Positions 19,416 to 28,645 of a DNA stretch of 64,000 bases are shown in pieces. Position numbers and translations under genes: made by a program. The stretch covers positions 109,992 to 173,991 of the forward strand of contig JAUSPT010000032.1 in the NCBI GenBank assembly GCA_030652805.1, read 5' to 3'. The first letter of the stretch is position 1. Each line of letters opens with the position of its first letter. This DNA comes from a bacterium. GTDB lineage: Bacteria > JAHJDO01. The notes below the pieces were generated by a model, which did not search any database, was not told the DNA's origin, and saw only the letters and a program-made list of their open reading frames with translations.

Positions 19416-21314
19416 TCAATAGTGTTTTTCTGTCTCTTCATGAATAGTAAGCTCTTTTTTCTTAGCATCATCAAGAAGCTTAAGTATGTTGTCTTCGTGC
19501 TTTATTTCATCCTTTGCTTCTTTCTCGGCGGTAGTTAGCAAACCATATTCTCCAGTGACTATATGTGGCGTAAGAAAAATCACTATTTCCTGCTTAATTA
19601 TCTCCTTATCTATCTTGCCAAACAAATACCCAAATATAGGAATTTTTCTAAAAAAGGGAATCCCGCTGTTTGCGTCTGTTAACTCATCTTTTATAAGACC
19701 TGCCATAACTATTGTAACACCATCCTTTACCATAACTGTTGTTTCTGTCTCGGATTTTGAGACTATGGGTATAGTATTTCCCTCAGATGTTGTTACAGTG
19801 CCTGAAACTGAGCTTACTTCAGGCTTGATCTTCATTGTAATAAAACCATGTTCATTTATTGTTGGTGTAACAGAAAGCGTTACTCCTACATCAACATTTG
19901 TTACACTTTCTGCAGTCTCTGTTGTGGAAGAGCCCTGTGAGACAGTAGTAGTAACATAGGGTCTTGTTTCTCCTACATGTATTCTGGCTTCAGCATTGTT
20001 GATAACAGTTATTCTCGGGCTCTGGAGAAGATTTGTCTTACCGATTGTATTCAGTGCCTGAAGAAAGCCTGTATATTTATCTACAGCCAGCTTACCAAGA
20101 GAAAGGGTCATACCAGGAGAAAAGCTATCCTTTGCAGCCAGTTCAAATTTACCTATGATCTCTGCGCTTTTGTTCTTTGAGAAAAGATAATCCCAGTTTA
20201 CGCCCATTTTGTATTCATCAGTTAGAGTGATCTGGATAATTCTTGCTTCAATTAATACCTCTCTTGTTCTTGCATCAGCAGCCCTGATTATTTCAGAAAG
20301 TTTTCCCATATTTGAAGGCAGGTCTGTTATGATTATTTTATTTGTCGCCTTATCTCCAATGACACTGCCAATATTCTTGGTAACTTCTTTTGCAAGTTTT
20401 GCTTCTATATCTTCAACCTTAGCATAATTAAGTTCAAATACTTCTGTAACTGTTGCGGCTCTAGAATCACATTCCTCAATAACTCTTGCTGCTAGTTCAA
20501 CGTTTTCCGGTACATCAATAAGTATAATCTTACCTGCTTTCTGGTCTATCTGAATATGTCCCTTGCTGGAGATAATTTTTTTCAGCTTTCCCTCCATCTC
20601 CTTAGGATCTGTATACTCAAGTATAAAGGTTTTTGTGATATAAGGACTATCTAATTCCTTAATAATTTCGTCAAGTCTTGATTCTGCGTTAATAACATCA
20701 TTTATAATTAATGTGTTTGTTCTCTCATCAACAACAATTCTCCCAATCTTTGTTTTCATCTGATCCAGTGCTTTTTTTACATCAGTAGCCGTTGCATATT
20801 TTAGCTGATATATTTTAATTTCCCTCGGATCTTTGAATTGCCTGCCATGAATTGTCTCATATTCTCTCTCAGTCATTACTTTAATAATATCCCCTTTTTC
20901 TTCATAAGCAAGGTTATTTGTCTCAAATATCATTCTGAGCACATCCCATGCCTCCACATTTCTTAAAAAGATACTTATTTTCCCTTTTACACTATTACTG
21001 GCAACAATATTCACTCCGCTTTTTTTAGACAGAAGCTTAAATGCTTCCAGGATATCCATATTCTTGAGTTCCAAAAGAGTGATCTTTGAAGAAGATATAT
21101 TGTCTGTCTCTTTGATAGATGTTTTTGGAGACGTTCTGATGGGCATTTTTAAAGGCGTTTTTTTTACCTCTGGAGGTGTTCTCTCAGCTTCTTCAAAAGA
21201 TACTAGAGGAGGCGCCTCTAAAGGTTCTTCAGTTTGGGAAAACACTGATATTTTGGGTTGAGTACAAACAAATGCTACCATCAAAAACAAAACTATTATT
21301 CTCATAGTAAACAC
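19416..21314 (-). CDS. secretin (GspD/PilQ family)
   Basis: 632 aa; signal peptide; N-domains; C-terminal secretin core (…VMVKDGVTIVMAGLIKDELTDANSGIPFFRKIPIFGYLFG…). Confidence 0.85.
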   Translation of the reverse strand: MFTMRIIVLFLMVAFVCTQPKISVFSQTEEPLEAPPLVSFEEAERTPPEVKKTPLKMPIRTSPKTSIKETDNISSSKITLLELKNMDILEAFKLLSKKSGVNIVASNSVKGKISIFLRNVEAWDVLRMIFETNNLAYEEKGDIIKVMTEREYETIHGRQFKDPREIKIYQLKYATATDVKKALDQMKTKIGRIVVDERTNTLIINDVINAESRLDEIIKELDSPYITKTFILEYTDPKEMEGKLKKIISSKGHIQIDQKAGKIILIDVPENVELAARVIEECDSRAATVTEVFELNYAKVEDIEAKLAKEVTKNIGSVIGDKATNKIIITDLPSNMGKLSEIIRAADARTREVLIEARIIQITLTDEYKMGVNWDYLFSKNKSAEIIGKFELAAKDSFSPGMTLSLGKLAVDKYTGFLQALNTIGKTNLLQSPRITVINNAEARIHVGETRPYVTTTVSQGSSTTETAESVTNVDVGVTLSVTPTINEHGFITMKIKPEVSSVSGTVTTSEGNTIPIVSKSETETTVMVKDGVTIVMAGLIKDELTDANSGIPFFRKIPIFGYLFGKIDKEIIKQEIVIFLTPHIVTGEYGLLTTAEKEAKDEIKHEDNILKLLDDAKKKELTIHEETEKHY

Positions 21315-21322
21315 TCCTTTTT

Positions 21323-21976
21323 TTATAGAAATAAATCTATTGTTTCTGTTCCATAACTTAAAGTAACACTTGATTCTGAAATTTTGCTGACTTTTAACTC
21401 TCCCACAGTACTTCCTTCATTAACATAATGAACACTTTTTGTCTTTCCGTTTTCTATAATTGCCTGAGGGCTCTCATCTAAGACTATTCCAACCAGATTT
21501 AGATCCTTTACAAGCTGCTTCATATCTATCCCTACCTCTGGCAGAATAACAGGACTGGCTGTTAATTGCTTAAATAGATTACGCTTTTTTGCCATTGATG
21601 AATAGAATGAAGATGGTTCCAAATTCTGGATTTTTAGATCAATTTGTTGCTTTTTCTCTATGCTTTTTAAGGAAACGACTCTTGAGCTTGGGATTAATAT
21701 CTCTTCTGATGTTCCAGGTCTTATCCAGATATAAGCTGCATAAATAAGAAGCACAAAAACAACAACAGAAAGTATTTGATTAATTGACATGACTGGTTTT
21801 GTTTTTAATATAGAAAGCACCTGTTTTAACCGATCAGAGCGAACCGAAAATTTTACAAGCTCCCTAGAACCTGTTTGCTCCTTTTTTTCTCCTCTTATTA
21901 ATCTCAACAATCGATCTTCAGGATGAAAGTTATTCATTACGCTCAATAGTTTTAAGAACAAGTTCTTTATCAACAA
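21323..21976 (-). CDS. hypothetical bitopic membrane protein (possible GspB/ExeB- or GspC-like secretin partner)
   Basis: 217 aa; single TM (VVFVLLIYAAYIWI) and a periplasmic C-terminal domain; sits between the ExeA-like ATPase and the secretin. Confidence 0.3.
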   Translation of the reverse strand: MLIKNLFLKLLSVMNNFHPEDRLLRLIRGEKKEQTGSRELVKFSVRSDRLKQVLSILKTKPVMSINQILSVVVFVLLIYAAYIWIRPGTSEEILIPSSRVVSLKSIEKKQQIDLKIQNLEPSSFYSSMAKKRNLFKQLTASPVILPEVGIDMKQLVKDLNLVGIVLDESPQAIIENGKTKSVHYVNEGSTVGELKVSKISESSVTLSYGTETIDLFL

Positions 21977-22742
21977 TCTTCTTGCCCTCTATAATCAAAT
22001 TCTCTAATGTATCGTGACACAATAGGGCTATTCTTCTGGGATATCCAAGAGAGTATTTATATATCTCATCCATAGCGTCATCTGTAAAAACATCTCTAAA
22101 ATTATCCACTCCTGCCTGCCTGAGACGAAACAGAATCAGTTTCTTTGTATCCTCCTGGCCTAGAGGGTTGATAATATATTTTAAACTAACTCTGTCAGTA
22201 AAATTCCTGACATGTTTTATCTTAGGAAGCAATTCCAGCTGAGCCATGATAATAAGCTGTAAGAGCTTATATTTATTAGTTTCATAATTCAAAAGAGTGC
22301 GCAAAATCTCCAAAAAAGGCAGTGACAGCTTTTGTCCTTCATCAATTAATAGAACTATTGTTCTCTCTTCATCTACGCCTTTCTGGAACAGGTACCTTTC
22401 AATAGCATCCTGACAATCCATTGCTGAACGGATGCCTTCATTTATGCCAAAACGCCTTGCTAAGGAATTAAGGAATTGAAATTCTGATTTATAGTTTGGA
22501 TTCAATATCATATGAAAAATAAAGCTATTTTCGTTATGAAAAGATTGTATAAGAATTCTGCTCAATGTAGTCTTTCCAACACCAACATCCCCAAGAATTA
22601 AGCTTAGTCCTCTTTTTAGGCGAATTGCAATCTCAAGTCTTCTTAATGCACTGCCATGTTCTCGCGATTGATAAAAGAAATTAGGATCCGGACTCGTAGA
22701 AAAGGGTTCTTCTTTTAATCCTAATTCATTAAAATAACTCAT
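21930..22742 (-). CDS. ExeA/GspA-like AAA ATPase (MshM-like)
   Basis: 270 aa; P-loop GDVGVGKTTL; ExeA-family architecture; adjacent to the secretin gene. Confidence 0.7.
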   Translation of the reverse strand: MSYFNELGLKEEPFSTSPDPNFFYQSREHGSALRRLEIAIRLKRGLSLILGDVGVGKTTLSRILIQSFHNENSFIFHMILNPNYKSEFQFLNSLARRFGINEGIRSAMDCQDAIERYLFQKGVDEERTIVLLIDEGQKLSLPFLEILRTLLNYETNKYKLLQLIIMAQLELLPKIKHVRNFTDRVSLKYIINPLGQEDTKKLILFRLRQAGVDNFRDVFTDDAMDEIYKYSLGYPRRIALLCHDTLENLIIEGKKIVDKELVLKTIERNE

Positions 22743-22975
22743 TTTAATGCCTCTTCTTTTATCCTGCTCTGTATTTTCCCTATAGAAATCCCCTCTTTTC
22801 TCAATCTTCTTATTTCAGCTAACTGCTTAACTGTAGAATCATCAAAGTATCTGTAGTTTAATTGAGACGTTCGCCCAACTTCTTTTATTAAGCCAAGTTT
22901 TAAGTAATACTTTATTGTATAAACAGAGATACTTGTCGCACATGATAAGTCTTTAACAAGATAAATATTTTCCAT
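22739..22975 (-). CDS. MerR-family helix-turn-helix DNA-binding protein (HTH-only, 78 aa)
   Basis: YTIKYYLKLGLI MerR-type HTH; first gene of the secretion operon. Confidence 0.5.
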   Translation of the reverse strand: MENIYLVKDLSCATSISVYTIKYYLKLGLIKEVGRTSQLNYRYFDDSTVKQLAEIRRLRKEGISIGKIQSRIKEEALK

Positions 22976-23004
22976 AATTCCAATCTACTCTCTAGGTGAA
23001 GAGT

Positions 23005-23033
23005 AGTTTAGCAAAACACTCATTGCTTGTCAA
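23005..23033 (-). promoter_or_regulatory. candidate sigma70-type promoter for the MerR-like/secretion operon
   Basis: On the minus strand: TTGACA (23028-23033), 17-nt spacer, TAAACT (23005-23010); lies about 25 nt upstream of the start at 22975. Confidence 0.3.
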
Positions 23034-23046
23034 GTCAGTCTGTTGT

Positions 23047-23125
23047 CCCCTCAACCGCCTGCTTGAACTCACCCTGACCCTCTCTCCCCCTCAACCGCCT
23101 GCTTTAGCTGGCGGTTATTGTAGGG
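23047..23125. repeat. GC-rich direct repeat (18 nt x2, CCCCTCAACCGCCTGCTT) with an imperfect 12-bp hairpin
   Basis: Copies at 23047-23064 and 23087-23104. The second copy pairs with GGCGGTTATTGTAGGGG downstream. The region is markedly more GC-rich than the flanks. Confidence 0.4.
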
Positions 23126-23229
23126 GTATTGTAGGAGCACAATATCTTGTGCCCAATCTCGTTTGTCATTCTACGATTTGATTGGGAAATTCAGGTGGTT
23201 GAGGATTTGAGTGTGTTTTTTCTGTATTT

Positions 23230-24630
23230 TTATTTTGGTCGCAGTTTTTTTGTTTGAAAGTATTTGTTGATAGCATTACTTTTCGTCTCACATTTAATAA
23301 TAAAATCATATTCTCGAATTATGCCCATCAAACTCCAAACAAGAGCTATCTTCAAAGCAAGCAAATCTTCCCAGCAGTTTTTATTTTCCTCAAAATCTTT
23401 GCCGTGGTGAATAATTTTATTACGCCAATCTAAAAGTTTTCTATATTTGGCATAGTTTTCAATTCTTTTCTCAAGATCCATTGAGGTTAATAATGAAACG
23501 TTTTCTGCTATAATATGACTGTTGGTACCTGATTCTCCTGTAGAAAACAACGTCTCTAATGAGATGAAATAGTCGAGTGCAGAATCCGTGTTGTCTTCTT
23601 CTATAATTGCCCTAAGAAACCAGTCGAGAGAACGAAGTATTTTCTTTGGAAGCGTTTTGTTCTGAGATTCTATGCAAATTTGGTTAAATTTTCCAAGATG
23701 ACATTTATTCATGAGTTCTGTTACTGTTTCGTTAGTTATAATTATTTTTTCCCTTGAAAGCATTAATTTTTCAAATCGTGTATTAATTTGTATAATTGCC
23801 TTTTCTTTTCCTATTTCGTGTATAAAATATTTCTGGTATCCAGTTTGATTGTTTGTTACAAAAAGTCCTGTAGTAACAGTCTCTTTTTTTATTTCAAACC
23901 CCTTTTGCGCATTTCCAAGAAATGTGTCACAGACATGCAAAAAGGAGAAAAGTGTTTTAAATTCAGTCAAAGCATGTTCAAATACTGATGAAAGCTCATC
24001 GCTCAGGTGAAACCCATTAATATTTATCTCAAGAGCTGTATGCCCTTTCAATGCCTCTCGTTTTAGTGGGGATGAGATAGATGGAAATAACTTGGAAAAA
24101 TCCAATCCCCCTTCAATATTTTTAGGTAGTTTTTGTATGTAACCGTCATCAACATCGTTGAGAGATATGTTCCCAATTTTTAATTTTTTGGGACCATGTA
24201 AAATTACCAGATCAGTAAAAAGCAATACTTTATACTTGGCGCTATTTTTCTTGAGAGTATCTTTAATAAATTTTTCAGCAAAATAAACATCTTCTTGTTC
24301 TAGATACTTGTTTAACACGTCAGTAGGCGAGTGCTCTCGAGAAATTATTCGCTTTGTTAAGTTATGTATTAGTGAACGATAAAGGGCTGAAGCAGACGCA
24401 TTATTAATTTTTTCTTTATATTTAGGTAGTTCGTCAATGACAAAATTTTTAAACGCATAGGGAAGATAGAGAAATTGTTTGTTGTCGTATTTTAAATTTC
24501 CATCGAATACATCTAAACTTTCTCTCTTTTCTTCATCAAATGAATTTTCAAGTCCAATGCAATTTAAACCGATTCGTGTGATAGCAATTAATTTGTGTTC
24601 AAATTTATTCTTTCCTTTGAAAATTTTCAC
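23230..24630 (-). CDS. hypothetical protein, C-terminal HEPN-like motif (candidate abortive-infection/defence RNase)
   Basis: 466 aa; Rx4H motif (RNKIIHHG) in an alpha-helical C-terminal region; last gene of an operon with the R-M genes. Confidence 0.35.
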   Translation of the reverse strand: MKIFKGKNKFEHKLIAITRIGLNCIGLENSFDEEKRESLDVFDGNLKYDNKQFLYLPYAFKNFVIDELPKYKEKINNASASALYRSLIHNLTKRIISREHSPTDVLNKYLEQEDVYFAEKFIKDTLKKNSAKYKVLLFTDLVILHGPKKLKIGNISLNDVDDGYIQKLPKNIEGGLDFSKLFPSISSPLKREALKGHTALEININGFHLSDELSSVFEHALTEFKTLFSFLHVCDTFLGNAQKGFEIKKETVTTGLFVTNNQTGYQKYFIHEIGKEKAIIQINTRFEKLMLSREKIIITNETVTELMNKCHLGKFNQICIESQNKTLPKKILRSLDWFLRAIIEEDNTDSALDYFISLETLFSTGESGTNSHIIAENVSLLTSMDLEKRIENYAKYRKLLDWRNKIIHHGKDFEENKNCWEDLLALKIALVWSLMGIIREYDFIIKCETKSNAINKYFQTKKLRPK

Positions 24631-24699
24631 GCTTTTTCTCCATCTGATGTCTACTTTAAAGCAAATCGGGAAAATGTCAGGTGGAACGATTTAATAGAA

Positions 24700-25308
24700 T
24701 CATATTTTTATAAACTCTTTGAGAAATTTTGGTCTTGCATAAAAAGCTCTTGATGTAGATCCATGACCTGCGCCTTTTGTTCTTGGCTGAATATAAACAC
24801 CCATTGCACCTGTTAATGAATCAAATCCCCGAGAAGAATCAAGCAAAGCGTCTCTAACAAGATCATAGTCTGCTTTTACTGCTTCGTACAAGCTATCGTG
24901 CAAATCAAATTCAACGATAGAATGAATATAGCTTGGATCATTTACGGTATTCCCAACTATTCTTGCGACAACAACTGCTTTTTTAAGCTTTGCCAACAAG
25001 TGACTATCCTTAAACTTTTTCTGACAAACATTGACAGGATCAATCATCGTAATAGCCATAGTCTCTTTGAATGCAAGTTTTCCACTCTTTAGATATTTCA
25101 ATGGAATTGATTTTAACTCCCAAGAACCAAAATTAGGTGATTGGGCAGAATTTATAGGCAATTCTAAAAACCGCTCAAAGACATGACCAGCCCAACCTTT
25201 ATTTACTTTCATGTTTCGATATATAGTAATTCCATATTCATTAGCTAATTCGTGAAGTTCTTTACCTACAAGTTGCTGTAATTTCTCTACGGCTTCCGTT
25301 CTTTTCAT
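24700..25308 (-). CDS. MutH/Sau3AI-family GATC-specific endonuclease
   Basis: 202 aa. Similarity to MutH from recalled sequence: KGWAGHVFE (cf. KGWIGVLLE), NFGSWELKSIPL (cf. DFAALGVELKTIPV, the D-(E-x-K) catalytic core), C-terminal AFYARPKF (cf. GFYLKKNF). Confidence 0.6.
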   Translation of the reverse strand: MKRTEAVEKLQQLVGKELHELANEYGITIYRNMKVNKGWAGHVFERFLELPINSAQSPNFGSWELKSIPLKYLKSGKLAFKETMAITMIDPVNVCQKKFKDSHLLAKLKKAVVVARIVGNTVNDPSYIHSIVEFDLHDSLYEAVKADYDLVRDALLDSSRGFDSLTGAMGVYIQPRTKGAGHGSTSRAFYARPKFLKEFIKI

Positions 25309-25325
25309 TTTTAATTTCTCCTACA

Positions 25326-26180
25326 TTATGGCAATAAGCCGTATTCACTTTCTTTTTCTCGAACTTCATTATTTGAAGATAATGATAATTTATTGTTAAC
25401 AAGCTCGTCTTTCAACCTTGGAATAGCATACTTATCAAAATATTCCTGTTCCAAATCTATGCCAGCAAATTTGCGCTTATGTTTTAATGCTGCGACTCCA
25501 GTGGTTGCACTGCCACAAAAAGGGTCTAATATGATGTCTCCTTCATTACTTGTGGCTAATATCACTCTTTCTAATAAGGATTCTGGTTTTTGAGTTGGGT
25601 GCTTACCATATTTTTTTTCGCCATTTTTTGGTGTTCCAATCGCCCAAATACTTCTCATCTGCTTTTTGGATTTCTTAATAAAATCATTTGGGAAGCAGCC
25701 ATCTCTCATTACATCATAATTAAAAGTATGTTTTGCTTTTTTATCTTTTCTAGCCCATAACAAAGTTTCGTGACTTGCTGTAAACATTCTGCACGAAAGA
25801 TTAGGCGCAGCATTTGGTTTATACCAACAAATATCATTTACGATATGCCAACCTTGTTTTTGAAGGGCGAAACCACACGCATATATTGAATGATAAGTCC
25901 CTGAAATCCATAAAGAACCATTTGGTTTCAATACACGTTTACACGCTTTGATCCAGTTATAATGGAATTTGAAATCTTCTTCTATCCCTTGGCTTTTATC
26001 CCATTTCCCTTTGTTGACACTCACTCTTTTTCCAGCATGGCAGGTAAATCCGTCATTTGACAGGTTGTATGGCGGATCTGCAAAAATCAAATCAATGACT
26101 TTTTCTGGCAGTTGGTTGAGTGTTTTAACTACATCGCCAAGAAATAATCTGACGTTTATTTCTTTAAAATAGGCTTCCAT
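25326..26180 (-). CDS. beta-class N6-adenine DNA methyltransferase, DpnA/M.MboIB-like (GATC)
   Basis: 284 aa; motif IV DPPY near the N-terminus (IFADPPYNLSN); motif I at the C-terminus (ILDPFCGSATTG); NPAPNLSCRMFT, KHPTQKPESLLERVIL. Close resemblance to DpnA from memory. Confidence 0.8.
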   Translation of the reverse strand: MEAYFKEINVRLFLGDVVKTLNQLPEKVIDLIFADPPYNLSNDGFTCHAGKRVSVNKGKWDKSQGIEEDFKFHYNWIKACKRVLKPNGSLWISGTYHSIYACGFALQKQGWHIVNDICWYKPNAAPNLSCRMFTASHETLLWARKDKKAKHTFNYDVMRDGCFPNDFIKKSKKQMRSIWAIGTPKNGEKKYGKHPTQKPESLLERVILATSNEGDIILDPFCGSATTGVAALKHKRKFAGIDLEQEYFDKYAIPRLKDELVNNKLSLSSNNEVREKESEYGLLP

Positions 26181-26311
26181 TCTTTATTCCTAAATTTTTC
26201 TCTTCTCTCAATACCTTATTATACCCCACCATCCCAAAATCATAAAGGATAAATTAAGGATAAATGGAGAAGGAGGAAGGAAAAGGGCACAGATAGATTA
26301 TGAAATACTCT

Positions 26312-28639
26312 CTATTGCGGAGGTCTAAACTTCTGGATTCTGCTATTGATAAGTTGACGTCTATTTCCAGTATCAGTTACATAAACATATCCTTTTGAGT
26401 CAAAAGCTATGCCGGTTGGTGAATTAAATTGACCGTCACCTCCCCCACGGCTTCCCCACTTAGTTATATAATTGCCGCTTGCATCAAAGACCTGAATCAT
26501 ATTTGCAGCACTAACTACAAACATATAGCCATTATTTATAGCTATTTTTTGCGGCCGCTGCCCAAGTCTACCGAACTTTAATAGAAAATTCCCTGCACTG
26601 TCAAACTTCTGAACATTGCCTAATTTATAATCCAGAGCATACACATTTCCTGATTCATCTGCTGCTACATCCCATATATAGCTAAACTGCGAATTGCCCG
26701 CGCCGCGTTTGCCCCAGGCAGTCAAATAGTTCCCATCTTTATCAAATTTTTGTATTCTGTAATGCCGGGTGTCTGCCACATAAACATTCCCCTCTTTATC
26801 TACTGCCACACCACGGGGTTGGTCAAGTTGACCTTTGCCATGCCCCCGCTTCCCAATGCTTGCAACCAACGTCCCTTCCGGACTAAACTTATTAATGGAA
26901 TATGTGGACATATTACAAATATAAACATTGCCCTCTTTATCAATATCAATATCCATTGGTCTGCCAATATCCTTATTCTGCCAGGCTGCCAAAAGATCCC
27001 CTTTGGGACTGAGTTTAAGGACACTGCTGTTTTGCTTGCCTACTGTATCTATTACATAAATATTATCTGAATTATCAATTGTTATACCCTGAATAAAATT
27101 TATCTGCGTATTCTGGCCAATAACACTATCAAATCTAAACAGTCCTCCTATTGGAATCTTCTTGCCGACAGGCCAAATCACTTTGTCTTTATCTACCTTA
27201 GCTAATTTCTCTTGCTTTTTCTGCTCCTTCTCCTCTACTCGTTCTTTAGGCTTTGCTTTTGCCTGCATTTCTGCTCTAATAATTCCCTCCATGGCAAGAC
27301 GTTTATACTCTCTGGCTTCTATATTGTCAGGAGAAAGCTCCAGAACAGCTTCAAAATTTTCTATGGCTAATTTGTATTCACCGGAATTTTGCGCGCCTAA
27401 GTTGAAATGTATCTTTCCCCTGGTAAGACTTGACTTTATCTTCTCTTCATTTTTCTTTCTCATCTCCACCAATCGCGAATCTTCTGCTTCAAGGACCTTT
27501 TTCTTTTCCGGCTCTTCTTCTTTAGTAACGACAGGTTTCTGCGATTCTATGTCTTTAGCGATTGTTTCTTCTACTTTCTTTTCCGCTGTTTTTACTTTAT
27601 CAATAGTGGACTTTTCAACAACATGCGGAGAAGGAATGTCTTTTTTGCCGGTACTTATTGCTATGTAAATACCAATAATTATAACCACTAACAAAACTGC
27701 TGGAACAATAGCCTTGATTGGTATCTTTGTTTTCTTAACAATATCCTTTGCCATAACAGTGACTCCTGCATCTCCAGGAATAGCTACCGTTTTGCCATCA
27801 GCTGTAGCAGGCTGACGAAGAAGCCTCTTAAGGAGTTGTATAACATCATTCATATCCTGATAACGCTGATTCTTATCTTTTTTCATGCACTTTAATACCA
27901 TTTCTTCTGTTTCAAGAGATATCTTGGGATTTTTAGCGCGCGGGCTGGGAATATCCTCATGCAGGTGTTTATAAGCAGTTGCAAATGGATCCTTGCCTTT
28001 AAAAGGGAGTTCCCCGGCTAACATGCGGTATGAGAGAACTCCAAAAGCATACATATCAGATTTGGAATCAACACCCGTGCCCTTGACCTGCTCAGGGGAC
28101 ATGTATTCCGGAGTTCCTATACTCATCCCTGTTTTGGTTTTAACGCTTGAATCCTGCACTTTGGCAATACCAAAATCCATTACCTTTATACTGCCGTCCG
28201 CTGCAATCATGATATTGCCGGGCTTAACATCGCGGTGAACAACTCCATGCTTATGAGCGTAGGAAAGAGCCATTCCAACCTGCTGCAGGATTTCTAAAGT
28301 AAAATCCAATGGAAGCGCTTTCTTTCTCTTTAACAACTCATCCAGTGTCTCGCCTTCAATGTACTCCATAATAATAAAATAATTGCCTTCCAACTGTTCA
28401 GTATCATATACTTGTATAATATTACGGTGATTCAGCTTGGCCACAGATAAAGCCTCCTGCTTGAACCTTGTTACAAAATCCTTATCTGAGGCTAGATTTT
28501 GAGGCAACATCTTCATAGCTACAGGACGATTAAGAGAAATCTGAATTCCCTTATACACAATCCCCATACCGCCTTCCCCAATCTTTTCTACAATCTTATA
28601 CTTGCCTACAATCTTCCCAACTAAATCTTCTTTTGACAT
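26312..28639 (-). CDS. transmembrane Ser/Thr protein kinase with C-terminal NHL-repeat beta-propeller
   Basis: 775 aa; Hanks kinase motifs (HRDVKPGNIMI, DFGIA, TPEYMSPE); TM helix (VPAVLLVVIIIGIYIAI); TPR-like linker; repeated NHL motifs (GNVYVAD/GNVYALD). Confidence 0.85.
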   Translation of the reverse strand: MSKEDLVGKIVGKYKIVEKIGEGGMGIVYKGIQISLNRPVAMKMLPQNLASDKDFVTRFKQEALSVAKLNHRNIIQVYDTEQLEGNYFIIMEYIEGETLDELLKRKKALPLDFTLEILQQVGMALSYAHKHGVVHRDVKPGNIMIAADGSIKVMDFGIAKVQDSSVKTKTGMSIGTPEYMSPEQVKGTGVDSKSDMYAFGVLSYRMLAGELPFKGKDPFATAYKHLHEDIPSPRAKNPKISLETEEMVLKCMKKDKNQRYQDMNDVIQLLKRLLRQPATADGKTVAIPGDAGVTVMAKDIVKKTKIPIKAIVPAVLLVVIIIGIYIAISTGKKDIPSPHVVEKSTIDKVKTAEKKVEETIAKDIESQKPVVTKEEEPEKKKVLEAEDSRLVEMRKKNEEKIKSSLTRGKIHFNLGAQNSGEYKLAIENFEAVLELSPDNIEAREYKRLAMEGIIRAEMQAKAKPKERVEEKEQKKQEKLAKVDKDKVIWPVGKKIPIGGLFRFDSVIGQNTQINFIQGITIDNSDNIYVIDTVGKQNSSVLKLSPKGDLLAAWQNKDIGRPMDIDIDKEGNVYICNMSTYSINKFSPEGTLVASIGKRGHGKGQLDQPRGVAVDKEGNVYVADTRHYRIQKFDKDGNYLTAWGKRGAGNSQFSYIWDVAADESGNVYALDYKLGNVQKFDSAGNFLLKFGRLGQRPQKIAINNGYMFVVSAANMIQVFDASGNYITKWGSRGGGDGQFNSPTGIAFDSKGYVYVTDTGNRRQLINSRIQKFRPPQ

Positions 28640-28645
28640 AACTAA

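Noticed and set aside
26750-27070. 106-aa and 74-aa ORFs within and antisense to the NHL region of the kinase gene
   Set aside because: They are embedded in a well-supported long CDS. The repeats (GNVY…D) belong to the sense-strand NHL domain.
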